DNA of 64,000 nucleotides from Eledone cirrhosa. Lineage: Eukaryota. The stretch is from the NCBI GenBank assembly GCA_964016885.1, contig OZ024762.1:27032001-27096000 (forward strand). Reading direction: 5' to 3'. Positions 47,298 to 61,608 of this stretch are shown piece after piece (the stretch's first letter is position 1; each line of letters opens with the position of its first letter). The position numbers were made by a program, and so were the translations under genes. The notes below the pieces were generated by a model. The model saw only the letters and a program-made list of their open reading frames with translations, did not search any database and was not told where the DNA came from.

Positions 47298-47365
<68 letters not shown>

Positions 47366-47410
47366 GTATATATATATATATGTATATATATATAAATGTA
47401 TATATATAAG

Positions 47411-47447
<37 letters not shown>

Positions 47448-47470
47448 ATATATATATATATGTGTGTGTG

Positions 47471-47503
<33 letters not shown>

Positions 47504-47520
47504 GTGTGTATATATATAGG

Positions 47521-47553
<33 letters not shown>

Positions 47554-47556
47554 GTG

Positions 47557-47623
<67 letters not shown>

Positions 47624-47656
47624 ATATATGTATATATATATATGTGTGGTATATAA

Positions 47657-47711
<55 letters not shown>

Positions 47712-47734
47712 GTATATTTATATATGTATATATA

Positions 47735-47825
<91 letters not shown>

Positions 47826-47828
<3 letters not shown>

Positions 47829-48046
47829 ATAATAATAAATTTGAAGACTAAAATCCAAAGAGGGCTCGATAAGGATAAATATATATCAAATATATAAGAA
47901 CCGTAGAGCAAATATTTATTAAAATAACAGATTAAAGTTCAAGCAAATAATCGCTGCTTTCACCCTTAACGGGATCTTCAGAAGATCCCGTTAAGGGCGA
48001 AAGCGTCGATTCTTTGCTTAAACTATAATCTGTTATTTTAATAAAT
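47826..48046. mobile_element. pLTR family D fragment folded back at its hammerhead core
   Basis: cccttaacgggatcttc-a-gaagatcccgttaaggg; the minus strand reads canonical CUGAAGA. Confidence 0.7.
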
Positions 48047-48093
48047 ATATATATATGTATATATATGTATATATATATATACATATTTATGCA

Positions 48094-51000
48094 CTAGCAG
48101 TTTAGCCCGGCGTTGCTCAGGTTTGTCCGTTTGCTATGAAAAGTTACATACAGGTAAACGTGGCTTGAAAGCGAATAAGCTTATCAATTAAGTGCATAAA
48201 TCAGTTGAACCGGTTATTAAAAGTTACGAACCAATTAGCATTTTGGACAATCAATGATGGGTTAATAACCTTCCAGTAGCGAATTTAGCAGACCAAAGTT
48301 GCAAGATGGTGGCCGTGATGCCGCTGGATGTCAGGTCTGTCCGCCATGGGTGACCCTACCAGGAAATAGTTTTCCAGATGGCATAGCTCCAACACCTCCA
48401 ACCCCTGCACCAACATCTATAGCAGCTCTTTGTAGATAATATTGTGTGTCATCCCTTCAGGAGTGTAAGCAAGAAGTCCATTCCTGCTCCCTACGCGGGA
48501 ACAGGCAACATAAAGTTGGCCCTGGGAGAAGCATGGCTTCCCCAAATGGATGCCCGCCACCGACAATGTTTTCCCTTGTGACTTGTTAATGGTCATGGCA
48601 AAACATGGTCTCACCGGGAATTGGGATCACCGGAAATCGAACGGGATATCTGACGCCGAGGGGAAAAGGTTCATCCTTAGAATGAAAATATTCTCCCCTC
48701 ACCCGCACTCCATTACAATGGTGTCCTCAATCAAGTGGTGTGTTAGTGACTTGACGACCATGCGAGTACCGTTGCACTGCTTTGGTGGACGCAAGTTCCT
48801 TATTAGCATAATGGGACAGCCAACCCTAAGCTTAAGAATGTGAGGTGGGAGCCTTGGGGGCTCAACGGAATTTAATAAATCAACTGGATAATTAACGATA
48901 TCCTCGGGGTCTGACGTCCGGTCGATAGGTTTGTAGATGTGCTCGTTACCTGGAATCTTCTCAATCAGCTGCTCGTTAATAAAATTAACCATGGCATTTT
49001 TCGGAGCAAGGATGGCTCTTTCGCTGAGCCAATCGAGGTTTTTAAAGTTAGATGAGACATTAGGAAACACTGCTTCCTAAAGGTCAGAAGGGCTGCTCAC
49101 AATGTTGCACAGGGAGTCGATTGCTATGCCGCCCTTGTCATCCGCAGGGACTTTCCCTCACCAAGTGCTAAAATGTTGTGAGCAAATGCTGCAGACATGT
49201 TGTCACCATGAAAATGAGCACGCATATTTGTGCTCAGGTACAAACTCTTCACCTGGATCCACAACATGGACGACTTAAGGCAGGCACGCACTTCATCAGC
49301 TCTTGTCCCTTTGGGGATGACAGACAGCGTTTGCCGAAAATCCCCTGATAGCAGAAGGGTTACGCCATCCATAGGAGCCGTAGAATCCCTAATGTCCTTC
49401 AGGGTCCTGTCCAATGCCTCAAGGGCACCCTTGTGTGCCATTGTGCACTCATCCGAAACAATGGGGCAACAGTTTTTGAGAACCAGAGTTTCGTGCTAGC
49501 TCTTGCTGATATTGCATGTTGGTGTCTCAGTTTTTATTAAATCCAAGGGGAGTTTAAAGGCTGCATGTGCTGTCCTGCCTCCCGACAGCAACGTAGCAGC
49601 GATCCCGGACGATGCAACGGCCAACGCAATTCTTTTCTCCTGACGAATCTTAGCGAGAATCAATTTCCTTACAAAAGTTTTTCCGGTACCCCCAGGAGCA
49701 TCGAGAAAGTAAAAATCCCCAGTCTGATTTTGAACCGCGTCAATGATAGATAAATAAGCCAACCTTTGGTCCGACAGAAGATTGGGCTCATTTTCCTCTA
49801 AGTATTGGGAAAGAGTTTCGATGTCATATGCTGTTCCCCGCAACAAATCCGGGGCCAACGTGTTAGCTTCCTCTCTGCCAGTTGACGGCAAGCCATACGT
49901 CGCCAACTCACTCCCACCCATGTCGAGGAGGGCGTCCTTAATATCAATGCGTGCCCTGTTGTAGATAATGTCGCTGTAACCAACTTCCACTGAAGGATAC
50001 TGCAGATGAGCCAGGCGCAGGAAGTCCTCAGAGATGAAGTCTCTGTACTTGACCCATCAAGATTTGGGATCACCCAATTCACACTTTTGAAACAAAATGG
50101 CAAAGAGCTCCTGTAGACTTTTAGGTGATTTCAACAAAGCACCCTCCGCTAAAGTGGAATCCCATTGCGAATCATCTTCCAAAAGACCACGCTTAAAGCA
50201 GTCTTCCCGGTACGTATCACATATTTCTCCATCAACAGTTTTGAGATCCTGAAAACTTTGTGGGCCTACAACTTCATGCAGAAGAAGGCGGAGATGAAAG
50301 CACTCATGCTGACTTGGGGACACAGTGTAAACCCTTTCAAGACAGCTGTCAAATTTTACACCAGGATGTCTTTCAAAAGCCTGACGTGACTTTCTTCGCA
50401 CCCAAGTGTATTTCGACCATATAAAGTAGGATAGAACCTGGGTTTACACAATTGTTTGCGCAAATGTATCGAACTGGCAAAGTTTGAAGAAACCTGTCAG
50501 AGTGGTCTCTTTCGGATCGGTGGCCAACTTGACGGCGGTTTGGTCCGTAAAGTAAACCCTTTGCCCATTTTCCAAATGTACCGCAAGCTGTACGATGGCG
50601 AGGAGCCGTTGGTGTAGGGGGAAACCAAATAGGCGCCAAAAAGCTTCATTGCTATTGATGTACCGCCCCGCCATGTATTCTGTGACCTCGTCCCTGCTAT
50701 TTTCAGCTTGAAATGCGAACATTGCAGCATCAGAGCCCTTATTTACATATTTGCATATGTATTTTATCGACTTGATGGAGTTGCAAAACTCAACGTCGAT
50801 GTGGGCGTTGAACATCTTCAAGAGAAGCTGGCAGTAAGGGACCACCCATCTATTGTCGACTTGACCTCCCTTTACTGTTGTGGTGAAGCCACCGTTCTCG
50901 GGCCGTCTCCGCCTGTACCCGTCGCCACCAGTCTGAGTCTCGTCAACAAATTTGTTTGTGTATCCCTTACTGCACGACCCCCCTTTCAGACACGTGTGAT

Positions 51001-51865
51001 GCTCATTAGGACCCGACGCACACGGACCATGAATCATGTTACTTTGACGATGTCATGTAATTTCTGGTCAGTTGCTGGGTTAGGGATTTCAGCTGAAATG
51101 GCATTTGAATTGATTTTATCAGCCAAACAAATCAAAATTAAAATGCCCCAGAAAAGCCGTATGTCAATACGGAACTCCAATGACTCCCCCAGCTGTTAAA
51201 TTATAGAGAGGGGGAATAATCTATTATAGAGAGAGGGAAGAGTGACGGAGAGAGTAAAGCTAAGAAACTATAGGGACGGTGTAAAACTGTGTTGTCATAT
51301 AGAGAGTAAAGAGCGACATAGTGAGTAAAGCAGTTGAATTATAGAGAGGGATAATGATATATTATAGAGAGAGGGAAGAGCAACGGAGAGAATAAAGCTA
51401 AGAAACTATAGGTAGGTGTGTTAAACCTCAAAGAATGAAGAGAGTAAAGCAGTAAAATTATTGAGAGGGGGAATAATCTATTATAGAGAGAGAGGGAAGA
51501 GCGACAGAGAAAGTAAAACTAAGAAACTATAGGGAGGTGTGTAAAACAGTGTTGTCATAAAGAGAGTGAAGAGTGTCAGAGAGAGTAAAGCAGTTAAATT
51601 ATAGGTAGGGGGAACGATCTATTATAGAGAGAGGGGAAGAGTGACGGAGAGAGTAAAGCTAAGAAACTATAGGGAGGTGTGTTAAATCTAAAACCATGAT
51701 TGATTTTTGCCCTTATTGTTGATTGATTTGAAATTTATTTGCTTCATGACCTTCTCCTGGCCAAAGGCAATAATTGTTCCGACGTTGAATAGAATCCGTT
51801 GGAAATTGTGGACGTGCATACGTTACAAACCTTAACACACACATCCTCAGTTGTATATATATAGA
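48094..51865 (-). mobile_element. Helitron with decayed RepHel (Rep C-terminus and PIF1 helicase)
   Basis: MIHGPC, NRWVVPY, KYICKYVNKGSD, LAVHLENGQRVYF, FLDAPGGTGKTF, VASSGIAATLL, GDFRQ, FAMTINKSQG, GQLYVACSRV; 5' TC and 3' hairpin-CTAG. Confidence 0.92.
51195..51686. repeat. Tandem repeat inside the Helitron (alternating ~138-141 and ~119-bp units)
   Basis: Units start near 51195, 51333, 51452 and 51593 and share attatagagagagggaagag..taaagctaagaaactatagg. Confidence 0.85.
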
Positions 51866-51982
51866 TATATATATATAGTTATGAGCAAAAGGGATATTGA
51901 AATATGTATAATAGAATAAATATGGTTTTATAAATATAGTTTCCATTTATTTAATATCATTGAATATGTATACATATATATA

Positions 51983-52426
51983 CTAGACTTGAAAAATGCG
52001 CAAGCTCAAAAGAGCCACAGAATGTTATAATAAACCTTCAAAAGCGTGGGACTAGAGTTGTTGCTCAAAAATATTGTAATCATTATCTATCGTACACTCT
52101 GTGGCATCCTTGTTTAAAAAAGAGACTCATAACGAACTCAAGACGACACGATAATTATTTAAGCTAATGTTCAATATCTAATATTAGATGTTTAGTAATG
52201 ATTAATACGAAATGCACTTAAACCGAATTCTATATTATAAATTCACTTAAATAATTATCGTGTCGTCTTCAGTTCGTTATGAGTCTCTTTTTTATAAAAG
52301 GATGCCACAGAGTGTACGATAGATAATGATTACAATATTTTTGAGCAACAACTCTAGTCCCACACTTTTGAAGGTTTTTATAATATTCTGTGGCTCTTTT
52401 GAGCTTGCGCATTTTTCAGGTCTAGT
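51983..52426. repeat. Fold-back / MITE-like element with ~180-bp arms
   Basis: actagacttgaaaaatgcgcaagc...gataattatttaag versus cttaaataattatc...gcttgcgcatttttcaggtctagt. Confidence 0.85.
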
Positions 52427-53169
52427 TTAATATTTTTTTAAGGCAACGCTTGTAATAACTCTAGTTAAACATGATATATATTAATAATAAATTATCGTTG
52501 TAATGTAATTAGATTATATAATTGTTATTTTATAAATGACCTTATAAATATTATTGTAAGATGTATAAAAATATTTTCAGACCTTCAATATAAACAACTA
52601 CAAAAAACAATCAATATTAAATAAATATATTTTACATAAAAATTGTTATATTTGAATTAATAAAAATTAAATATTACATAAAAATAGTCTAACCTAGTAA
52701 TAAAAAAATAATCTAACATAATAATAATAAAATAATCTAACATAAAACGAACAATAATATGGACAAATATACAAGTAAATATGATACAACCAATATTATA
52801 AGCATGTTATAACGAACTGAAAAAAAATAGTTAATATAAATTTAAAAAATCATATATAAATTAACAATATAACTTACCAACGAGAACAATATTTTGATGT
52901 TAAACGACGAAATACAGAAGGAAGATTCGAAAGCGAAACGATAAATAAACGTGCGAACAAAGTGGCGGATGCTTTTGAGCAACAATTACTCTCATTGTTT
53001 GATTAGCCAATAAGACGAGGAGATTAGCCAATAAGACGATGCATTACAGGAGATGTTTGGCAGCGATCACCACGGCCAGCGAAACCCCTTGAATTGTTTA
53101 TTCACAAACTACGCATATATGTCAGACATGCAGATTGAAAACATTCTGTTGTTAGTCACTGCGTGTCTA

Positions 53170-53258
<89 letters not shown>

Positions 53259-53417
53259 AGGAGGTTATAGTTCACTTGAAGCATTGTGTAATGAGGTATA
53301 AACGTTTGAATATGTATAATAAAGCCAAAACAATGCAGGTATGGACATAGAATAAAGAATGCAAATGCAAAAGATATTGTTGACAATTAGTCTTTTACCT
53401 TAGATTTATTTAAATGT

Positions 53418-53449
53418 CCTTAATTTTCGAGATATCTCTTCTTCAGAGG
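53418..53449 (-). ncRNA. Ultra-minimal hammerhead, family G (CUGAAGA)
   Basis: ccu-CUGAAGA-agagauaucuc-GAAAAUUA|agg. Confidence 0.5.
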
Positions 53450-55638
53450 GAAATAAAGGTCTCGAACCAGCGTTCTAAATAGCTTGCCAAGTCATGCTGA
53501 CAGGAAATGGTATAGAGTCTGAAGAAGAGATATTATCTCGAAAATTAAGGACATTTAAATAAATCTAAGGTAAAAGACTCATTGTCAACAATATCTTTTG
53601 CATTTTCATTCTTTATTCTATGTCCATACCTGCATTGTTTTGGCTTTATTATACATATTCAAACGTTCATATATATATATATATAAATTATGGCTCGGCA
53701 TAGAAACGAATTTCTGTTGGGCTGCCTACCAACTAAAATGGATATCGACTCTCGGCAACAACACCACGGAATCTATCAAACCCAGATTCCACCGCCTGCC
53801 AACCGCGAGCTTGAAGAAAAACTCTCGAGGCTAAAACATTCCGTATTTAACATCTTACGGAAACAGAAGAAGATAGCCCGAAACCTCTCCAGGACACAAC
53901 TCGCCCTGAAGAACCTACGGAATAGAGAACTTATATACTTACCATCCGACAAAGGTAAAGAGTTTTGCGTCATCTCTCACGCCACATACAACAACCTAGC
54001 CTTTGATCACCTAAGCGACAATGAATTATACACAGTGATCCCGGACATCACTGCAGCCCAGATCGAAAAACAGACCAACTCCATCTGGTTCGATATCTGT
54101 AGGAGAAGACAACTCCCAAATAAAGTTAAGCTCAACTACACCACTAGAAATAGTAGACTGCCCACAAGACCCACAAGAATAGCACTAATACGCAAATAAG
54201 ACCCATCGTCTCTAGCATAGAAGGACCCCTATACAAAATTTCCTGGCTCCTCTCCCAGGTCCTCAAGCCTCTACTCTCCACCTTTCTCGGGCATGTCAGT
54301 AGCTCCGACGAAGTTATACGTAGACTACACCAACTCCAGCCAGAACAACTTAAACTAAATAGTTACGCCCTTAACCTCGACGTTGTCTCCCTCTACACTA
54401 CAGTCCCCGCTCACCCAGCTGTCGATTTATTGACGGACTGCGTGGTCGCAGAGGACATCCACTGCTACGGCCTCCACCCGACGGACATACACCAGCTTTT
54501 GTCCTTCACAGTAGACAACACGTACTTCACCTTCCACCACCACACATACAGACAGACAACAGGATTACCCATGGGATCCAGCACGTATCCGGAACAAATG
54601 CACCGACGCTAGAGACCGAGACACACACACCACACATTTCCTGGAAGTACTCAAACTGAACGGATACACGACATCCACCACAAACCGTGCCAGAAAGAAC
54701 AGAGGACACCACACCCGAGGCACTAACACTTGCTTCCTGAAGCTCCCACACTTCAGTGAAGAAACAACAACAGCCATCCGCCGAGCTATCAGACGAGAGG
54801 AACTATTATCCAACTGGCCCACTCAGGTCCTTCTCTACGTGGACAGCTAACCAAAAGACACTCCACCAGACATGACAATTGCTGCAGACTAGCCAACTGC
54901 CCCATCAACGACACAGACCTATGCCACCAGGCTTACGTCGTATACAGACTAGAGTGAGACAAATGCAACAACGTCCACGTAGGTAGCACCACCAGACCAC
55001 TTCACATGAGAATAAAAGAACACCTCAATACTAACGCTTCCTCATTTAAGAAACACCTAGTTAAATGCAAAAACACCGACAAAACCATAACAGTTAGGAT
55101 AGAAACTAAGGAAAGAAACCTCGGCAATCTTAGAATTAAGGAAGCACTAATTATAGACAAAACACAACCACCAATTAATAATAGACTAGAACTCAACACC
55201 CAATTTATAACTTGATAGTGCTCCTAGCCCCACATATACACACACACCCCACACAAACACGCACACACGCACGCACACACACACACACACGCTTATACCT
55301 CCACTTATTCTCTCTCACACATACACACATAAAACCAGTTCTAACACGAGATAACATCTATCCCCCACATTTACGTATAGACATATCTTCTCACACTCAC
55401 ACACTCACACACACACACTCACATACTTACACCTTCATGCATTCTCCCACACACTTAAACAGGCATGTATAAAAAAAACAAAAAAACAAAAAAAAAACAA
55501 ACCCCTCTTAAAGGGAGACTACTCTTTATCCACCTAATCTTAACTCTTTGACATTAGAGATAGAATAGATACTCTATACCTTTTTCTGTCAGCATGCCTC
55601 GGCAAGTTATTTAGAACACTGGTTTGACAACTTTACTC

Positions 55639-55673
55639 CCTCTGAAGAAGAGATATTATCTCGAAAATTTAGG
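55639..55673 (+). ncRNA. Ultra-minimal hammerhead, family G (CUGAAGA)
   Basis: ccu-CUGAAGA-a-gagaua u uaucuc-GAAAAUUU|agg; a further copy lacking the 5' stem I strand is at 53519-53550. Confidence 0.5.
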
Positions 55674-55831
55674 ACATTTAAATAAATCTAAGGTAAAAGA
55701 CTATTGTCAACAATATCTTTTGCATTTGCATTCTTTATTCTATGTCCATACCTGCATTATTTTGTCTTTATTATACATATACAAACGTTTATACATCATT
55801 ACACAATGCTTTAAGTGAACTATAACCTCCT

Positions 55832-55869
<38 letters not shown>

Positions 55870-55940
55870 AATAAAGGAAAAGAATGACTTCACTTGTAGT
55901 GTAAACAAATTATGATTTAATGTTATAATATAACTGTTTA

Positions 55941-56118
55941 TACTTTAGGCACAAGGCCAGCAATTAACCAGTACATTGCTGGTACTTTATTTGATCGACC
56001 CCGTAAGGATGAAAGGCAAAGTTAACCTCAGCGGGATTTGAACTCAAACCGTAAAAGGACGCAACTATGGTAGAAAGAATGGCATCCAACCCTCTAACGA
56101 TACTGCCAATTCACCGCC
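55941..56118 (-). mobile_element. tRNA-type SINE with 20-bp TSD
   Basis: TSD gatttaatgttataatataa at 55914-55933 and 56119-56138. Confidence 0.9.
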
Positions 56119-56887
56119 GATTTAATGTTATAATATAATATTATAATATTATGAGTTGGTAGATCCAGTAAGTTCTTTGTTAACTTCGGTGGGATGAATT
56201 TTATAGATTCCTGGTTATCTTGGGTTGGGGAACTTTCTCGCATTCGTCTGTCTGTGGCTATTGTCAAACTGAGATTGGGTTGTGTTGAAATGTGTGACTA
56301 TATATAAGAGAGAGATTTGGATGTGTCTGGGGGTGTGGCGTGTGGTGTTAATGAGAGTTGATGATGATGAAGGTCCGCAGGAATTAAAGTATACATACAT
56401 ATACACGCCCACACATACACGTGAACACACACACATATACACACACACATATATATACACTCAGAAAACCGTGAGGTTGGAAGATAAGGGTGTTTGGGAA
56501 GGTAGTTGTAAACCTACTCTCCTGCTGGTTTTATTTCATTAGCTGACCTTTGATGAGTATATAATGGCATAGCTGAATCAACTGTTCCAAATCCATAAAG
56601 AATATCTTCTACAGATTTCTATATCAAAGATGAATTTAGGTGCTTGTCTAGGTTTTAAGGAGGTGTAAGATACATGTCTTTTGATAAGAATGGGATGACA
56701 GGAAAAAGGGAAAAGAAGGATAGTTTGTGAATATTTGTCAAAGATGTGTTGTTGATATGGGTCTGGGAGAGGTAGTGTGGGGGACATGCTGGCTCACATA
56801 TTCACTTCCTTATATGTAAATATATCTACAGTCCATATATACTACATACAAACACATATCAACACATATATACATACATATATATAC

Positions 56888-56947
<60 letters not shown>

Positions 56948-56981
56948 GGATTTAAATGGATACAGTTTAGTTAAAAGGAAT

Positions 56982-57102
56982 TTATTGACACGTGTTTCAA
57001 TAACATTTACATAACCTGAAAACAGCTGCTATCTACAAAGTATTAGTTATGCAGACATTCAATATTTCAATGTTATTATCAACTGTCATTTCATCAGAAT
57101 AA
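56982..57102 (-). ncRNA. Hammerhead with long stem II insertion, family J
   Basis: uuauu-CUGAUGA-aaugaca...uguuauu-GAAAcacguGUC|aauaa; palindromic ACACGUGU stem III. Confidence 0.65.
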
Positions 57103-60100
57103 TTTTACTGAGGGCCTGTTTGGTTTTTATAGAGAATATTAGGAGGGAGGGGTGAAGTTGTTAGAAGAATAGTTGAGGGAGGGGTTCTTTGCTGCAGTGA
57201 GAATTTTTGGTGGCAGTGAGTAATTAGATTCCCATCTGTTGTTTTGACATTTTTATAGAATATATTATTGGTTATTTTTCTAAATCTATAGGATTAGAGA
57301 TAGTATAGATATGCATGGTTGGTTTTGTGTTTGCACTTAATTAACATTCAGACTTAAATTTTTCTTTCAAGTGTACGTATCCTTTCGCCCACGCATTCAC
57401 ACACAAACATATATGCACACCTCTACAAAATACAAATACTCATACACATACTTACACGCTCATACTTACATACATATACACATGCACATATATATATATA
57501 CATATATATACATATATACATGTACATACATACGCATTCGTGTGTATACATTTTCATACTCAACTTATCTTTATATACACACGTATAGACACACACATAT
57601 ATACATACATACTCCAGTCTATGTGTATATATATATATATATATAAACACTTTAATACATGAATACACTTACATCTAACTATACACATTAAACATATATA
57701 TATATTTACTTATTTATATACATTTTCACATATATATACATACATATGGCCGCTTTTAGACACATTCATTATAGCATATTCGCACCTATTCTCATCAGCA
57801 TATCTTTCCATTATTAGTGTGGTAATTTAAGGTTATTAATATACATATATATGTTGAGAAGAGATTGTTTTTATATTTTTCTAACTAGATTGATGTTTAT
57901 ATAGTTGGGGGGATGTCCCTCCTTTATGTAATATTCAGCTTGTAGTGGGAAAAAAGGGTTTTAGTTCGGTGACGGCAGAATAATGTTCGTTCAATTCTGT
58001 TATTAAGCAATTTCTTGTGTATGATTATGTAATAAATCTCAAGATTACACAATTTGCAGAAATTTTGGCTCCTGGAAAAGCTTTGGGTTTTAGCTAATTT
58101 CTCCCATTTTAGGGTAAACTTTTGATCGCTATCCCTGAGCGTCCAATCTTTTTCTGCTAAAGTTGTTACATTTCTTTGGCTCTGGTGTTTTATAGAGTAA
58201 GAATGCCTATATAATCGAGATTTAAACGATGTTGCTGTTGATCCCACGTAATACCACTCGTTGCCTCCGGATTTAATGGTACACTTATAAATGATATTCT
58301 TTTCCAGGCAGTTATTGCCGAGGGGGAAGTTGTCAGGATAGGTGCAGTTACAGTTGTGTACGTTGAGTTTTCTCTGGAGTAGTATTGCGGACGAACTTAG
58401 GTGTGGTTTATTTATGTTCTGTAGTGTATTGTCTACTGTTTTTTTTGTGTTCTTTGTACTTAAGTGTTTCGTGTTTTCGTTTAACCTTCTAGTATTGATC
58501 TTTTTTATGTGTTGTTCAAGGTTTAACGCTGTAGAGTATGACAGTGTTATAGTGGTAGGGTTTAGGATTTGGTGACATTTGTCTGATGTAGGAAAATGTC
58601 TCTTAATTATTTTAAAGAAGAGTACTGGTAAATTTGTACTAATGGAACTATTGTATTCATGGTTATACTATAAGTACTCTTTGCATCGCTTTCTATTAGT
58701 TTTGTTTGTTGGTTTACTGGTGTGTATACTATGGTAGTAAGTGTGGTTTGGTGTTGTGTTATTATATCTACCTATGTGGGATTTATTTTGGGTATTTTGA
58801 TTGTTCTAATCTATATACTCTATTTTGTTGAGGTAGCCTGCTTTACTAAGGAGTTATCGTAGTACTCGGTGTGTTCTTTAAATACTTGTATGTTAGAAGA
58901 TAGACCCGAGATTCTAAGGGAAATATTTTTAGGGATAGATTTAATGATAGAGATGTGGTGGTTAGACCCAACATTTACGTACTTGAGATTTTCATTCAAT
59001 TTATGAAACGGTTTAATCAGACCAGAGTTTAAATAGAGTGTGACATCCAGGAAGTTAACTACTTTAAGGTTGTATTCATATGTTATAGTTAGTCCTATTT
59101 CGAGTAGTAGTTTTCTTATATCTTTGCGTAGTTTTTCTAGTTTTTGGTTATTTAGGTTTTTAACTAGGAGGAGAACATCGTCGCGGTATATTCCACCGTG
59201 GAGATTGCTGAATTTTTCCTGGAGTCTAAAGGCGATAAATAACCCCACAATATCACTTATTTCCGCCGAATCGTTAGAGCCCATTGTTATGTCAAAGTTA
59301 GAGGGTCTATCTTTACGAGGGTCTATAGTTTTCCTAGCTTCTAATTTCATCGTTTGTAAGGTCAGAGTTGTCCTTAGCAAACTTAATGGCTCTATTCAAA
59401 GTTTCAGGTGATATCGATGAGTAATATTCGTCGATATCAAACTGGATAAACTTAGATTTATTCTTATTGTTAATGCTATTAAACCATCTTATTGCTTATT
59501 GGGTCTTCCCCCAGATATAAAACATAAATAACCAAAAACTACGCAAAGATATAAGAAAACTACTACTCGAAATAGGACTAACTATAACATATGAATACAA
59601 CCTTAAAGTAGTTAACTTCCTGGATGTCACACTCAACTTAAACTCTGGTCTGATTAAACCGTTTCATAAATTGAATGAAAATCTCAAGTACGTAAATGTT
59701 GGGTCTAACCAGCCCATCTCTATAATTAAATCTATCCCTAAAAATATTTCCCTTAGAATCTCGGGTCTATCATCTAACATACAAGTATTTAAGGAACACG
59801 CCGAGTACTACGATAACTCCTTTAGTAAAGCAGGCTACCTCAACAAAATAGAGTATATAGATGAGAACAATCAAAACACCCAAAATAAATCCCACATAGG
59901 TAGATATAATAACACAACATCAAACCACACTTACTACCATAGTATACACACCAGTAAACCAACAAACAAAACTAATAGAAAGCGATGCTTAAGAGTACTT
60001 ATGGTATAACCCTGAATACAATAGTTCCATTAGTACAAATTTACCAGTACTGTTCTTTAAAATAATTAAGAGACATTTTCCTACATCAGACAAATGTCAC

Positions 60101-61022
60101 CAAATCCTAAACCCTACCACTATAAGACTGTCATAATCTACACCGTTAAACCTTGAACAACACATAAAACAGATCAATACTAGAAGGTTAAACGAAAACA
60201 CTAAACACTTAAGTACAAAGAACACAAAAAAACAGTAGACAATACACTACAGAACATAAATAAACCACACCTAAGTTCGTCCGCAATACTACTCCAGAGA
60301 AAACTCAACGTACACAACTGTAACTGCACCTATCCTGACAACTTCCCCCTCGGCAATAACTGCCTGGAAAAGAATATCATTTATAAGTGTACCATTAAAT
60401 CCGGAGGCAACGAGTGGTATTACGTGGGATCAACGGCAACATCGTTTAAATCTCGATTATATAGGCATTCTTACTCAATAAAACACCAGAGCCAAAGAAA
60501 TGTAACAACTTTAGCAGAAAAAGATTGGACGCTCAGGGATAGCGATCAAAAGTTTACCCTAAAATGGGAGAAATTAGCTAAAACCCAAAGCTTTTCCAGG
60601 AGCCAAAATTTCTGCAAATTGTGTAATCTTGAGATTTATTACATAATCATACACAAGAAATTGCTTAATAACAGAATTGAACGAACATTATTCTGCCGTC
60701 ACCGAACTAAAACCCTTTTTTCCCACTACAAGCTGAATATTACATAAAAGAGGGACATCCCCCCAACTATATAAACATCAATCTAGTTAGAATAATATAA
60801 AAACAATCTCTTCTCAACATATATATGTATATTAATAACCTTAAATTACCACACTAATAATGGAAAGATATGCTGATGAGAATAGGTGCGAATATGCTAT
60901 AATGAATGTGTCTAAAAGCGGCCATATGTATGTATATATATGTGAAAATGTATATAAATAAGTAAATATATATATATGTTTAATGTGTATAGTTAGATGT
61001 AAGTGTATTCATGTATTAAAGT

Positions 61023-61081
<59 letters not shown>

Positions 61082-61608
61082 GACTGGAGTATGTATGTAT
61101 ATATGTGTGTGTCTATACGTGTGTATATAAAGATAAGTTGAGTATGAAAATGTATACACATGAATGCGTATGTATGTACATGTATATATGTATATATATG
61201 TATATATATATATATATATGCATGTGTATATGTATGTAAGTATGAGCATGTAAGTATGTGTATGTGAGTATTTGTATTTTGTAGAGGTGTGCATATATGT
61301 TTGTGTGTGAATGCGTGGGCGAAAGGATACGTACACTTGAAAGAAAAATTTAAGTCTGAACGTTAATTAAGTGCAAACACAAAACCAACCATGCATATCT
61401 ATACTATCTCTAATCCTTCTATAGATTTAGAAAAATAACCAATAATATATTCTATAAAAATGTCAAAACAACAGATGGGAATCTAATTACTCACTGCCAC
61501 CAAAAATTCTCACTGCTATCAAAAAACCACTCCCTCAACTATTCTTCTAACAACTTCACCCCTCCCTCTTAATATTCTCTATAAAAACCAAACAGGTCCC
61601 CAGTAAAA

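Larger units (their letters stand above)
41848..47300. repeat. ~5.4-kb imperfect palindrome
   Basis: 41848-43197 mirrors ~45965-47300, microsatellite pattern included; array units flip orientation at 44866/44867. Confidence 0.9.
53255..55833 (+). mobile_element. PLE of the same family as 37158-39612, internally deleted, with inverted and direct pLTR pieces at the 5' end
   Basis: YLPSDKG, GLPMGS, RIKEH...LRIKEALII..PPINNR; pLTR minus 53255-53518, plus 53519-53668 and ~55400-55833. Confidence 0.88.

Noticed and set aside
48417-51037. Host PIF1 helicase gene
   Set aside because: Intronless, frameshifted, fused to Helitron Rep motifs and bounded by TC...CTAG termini.
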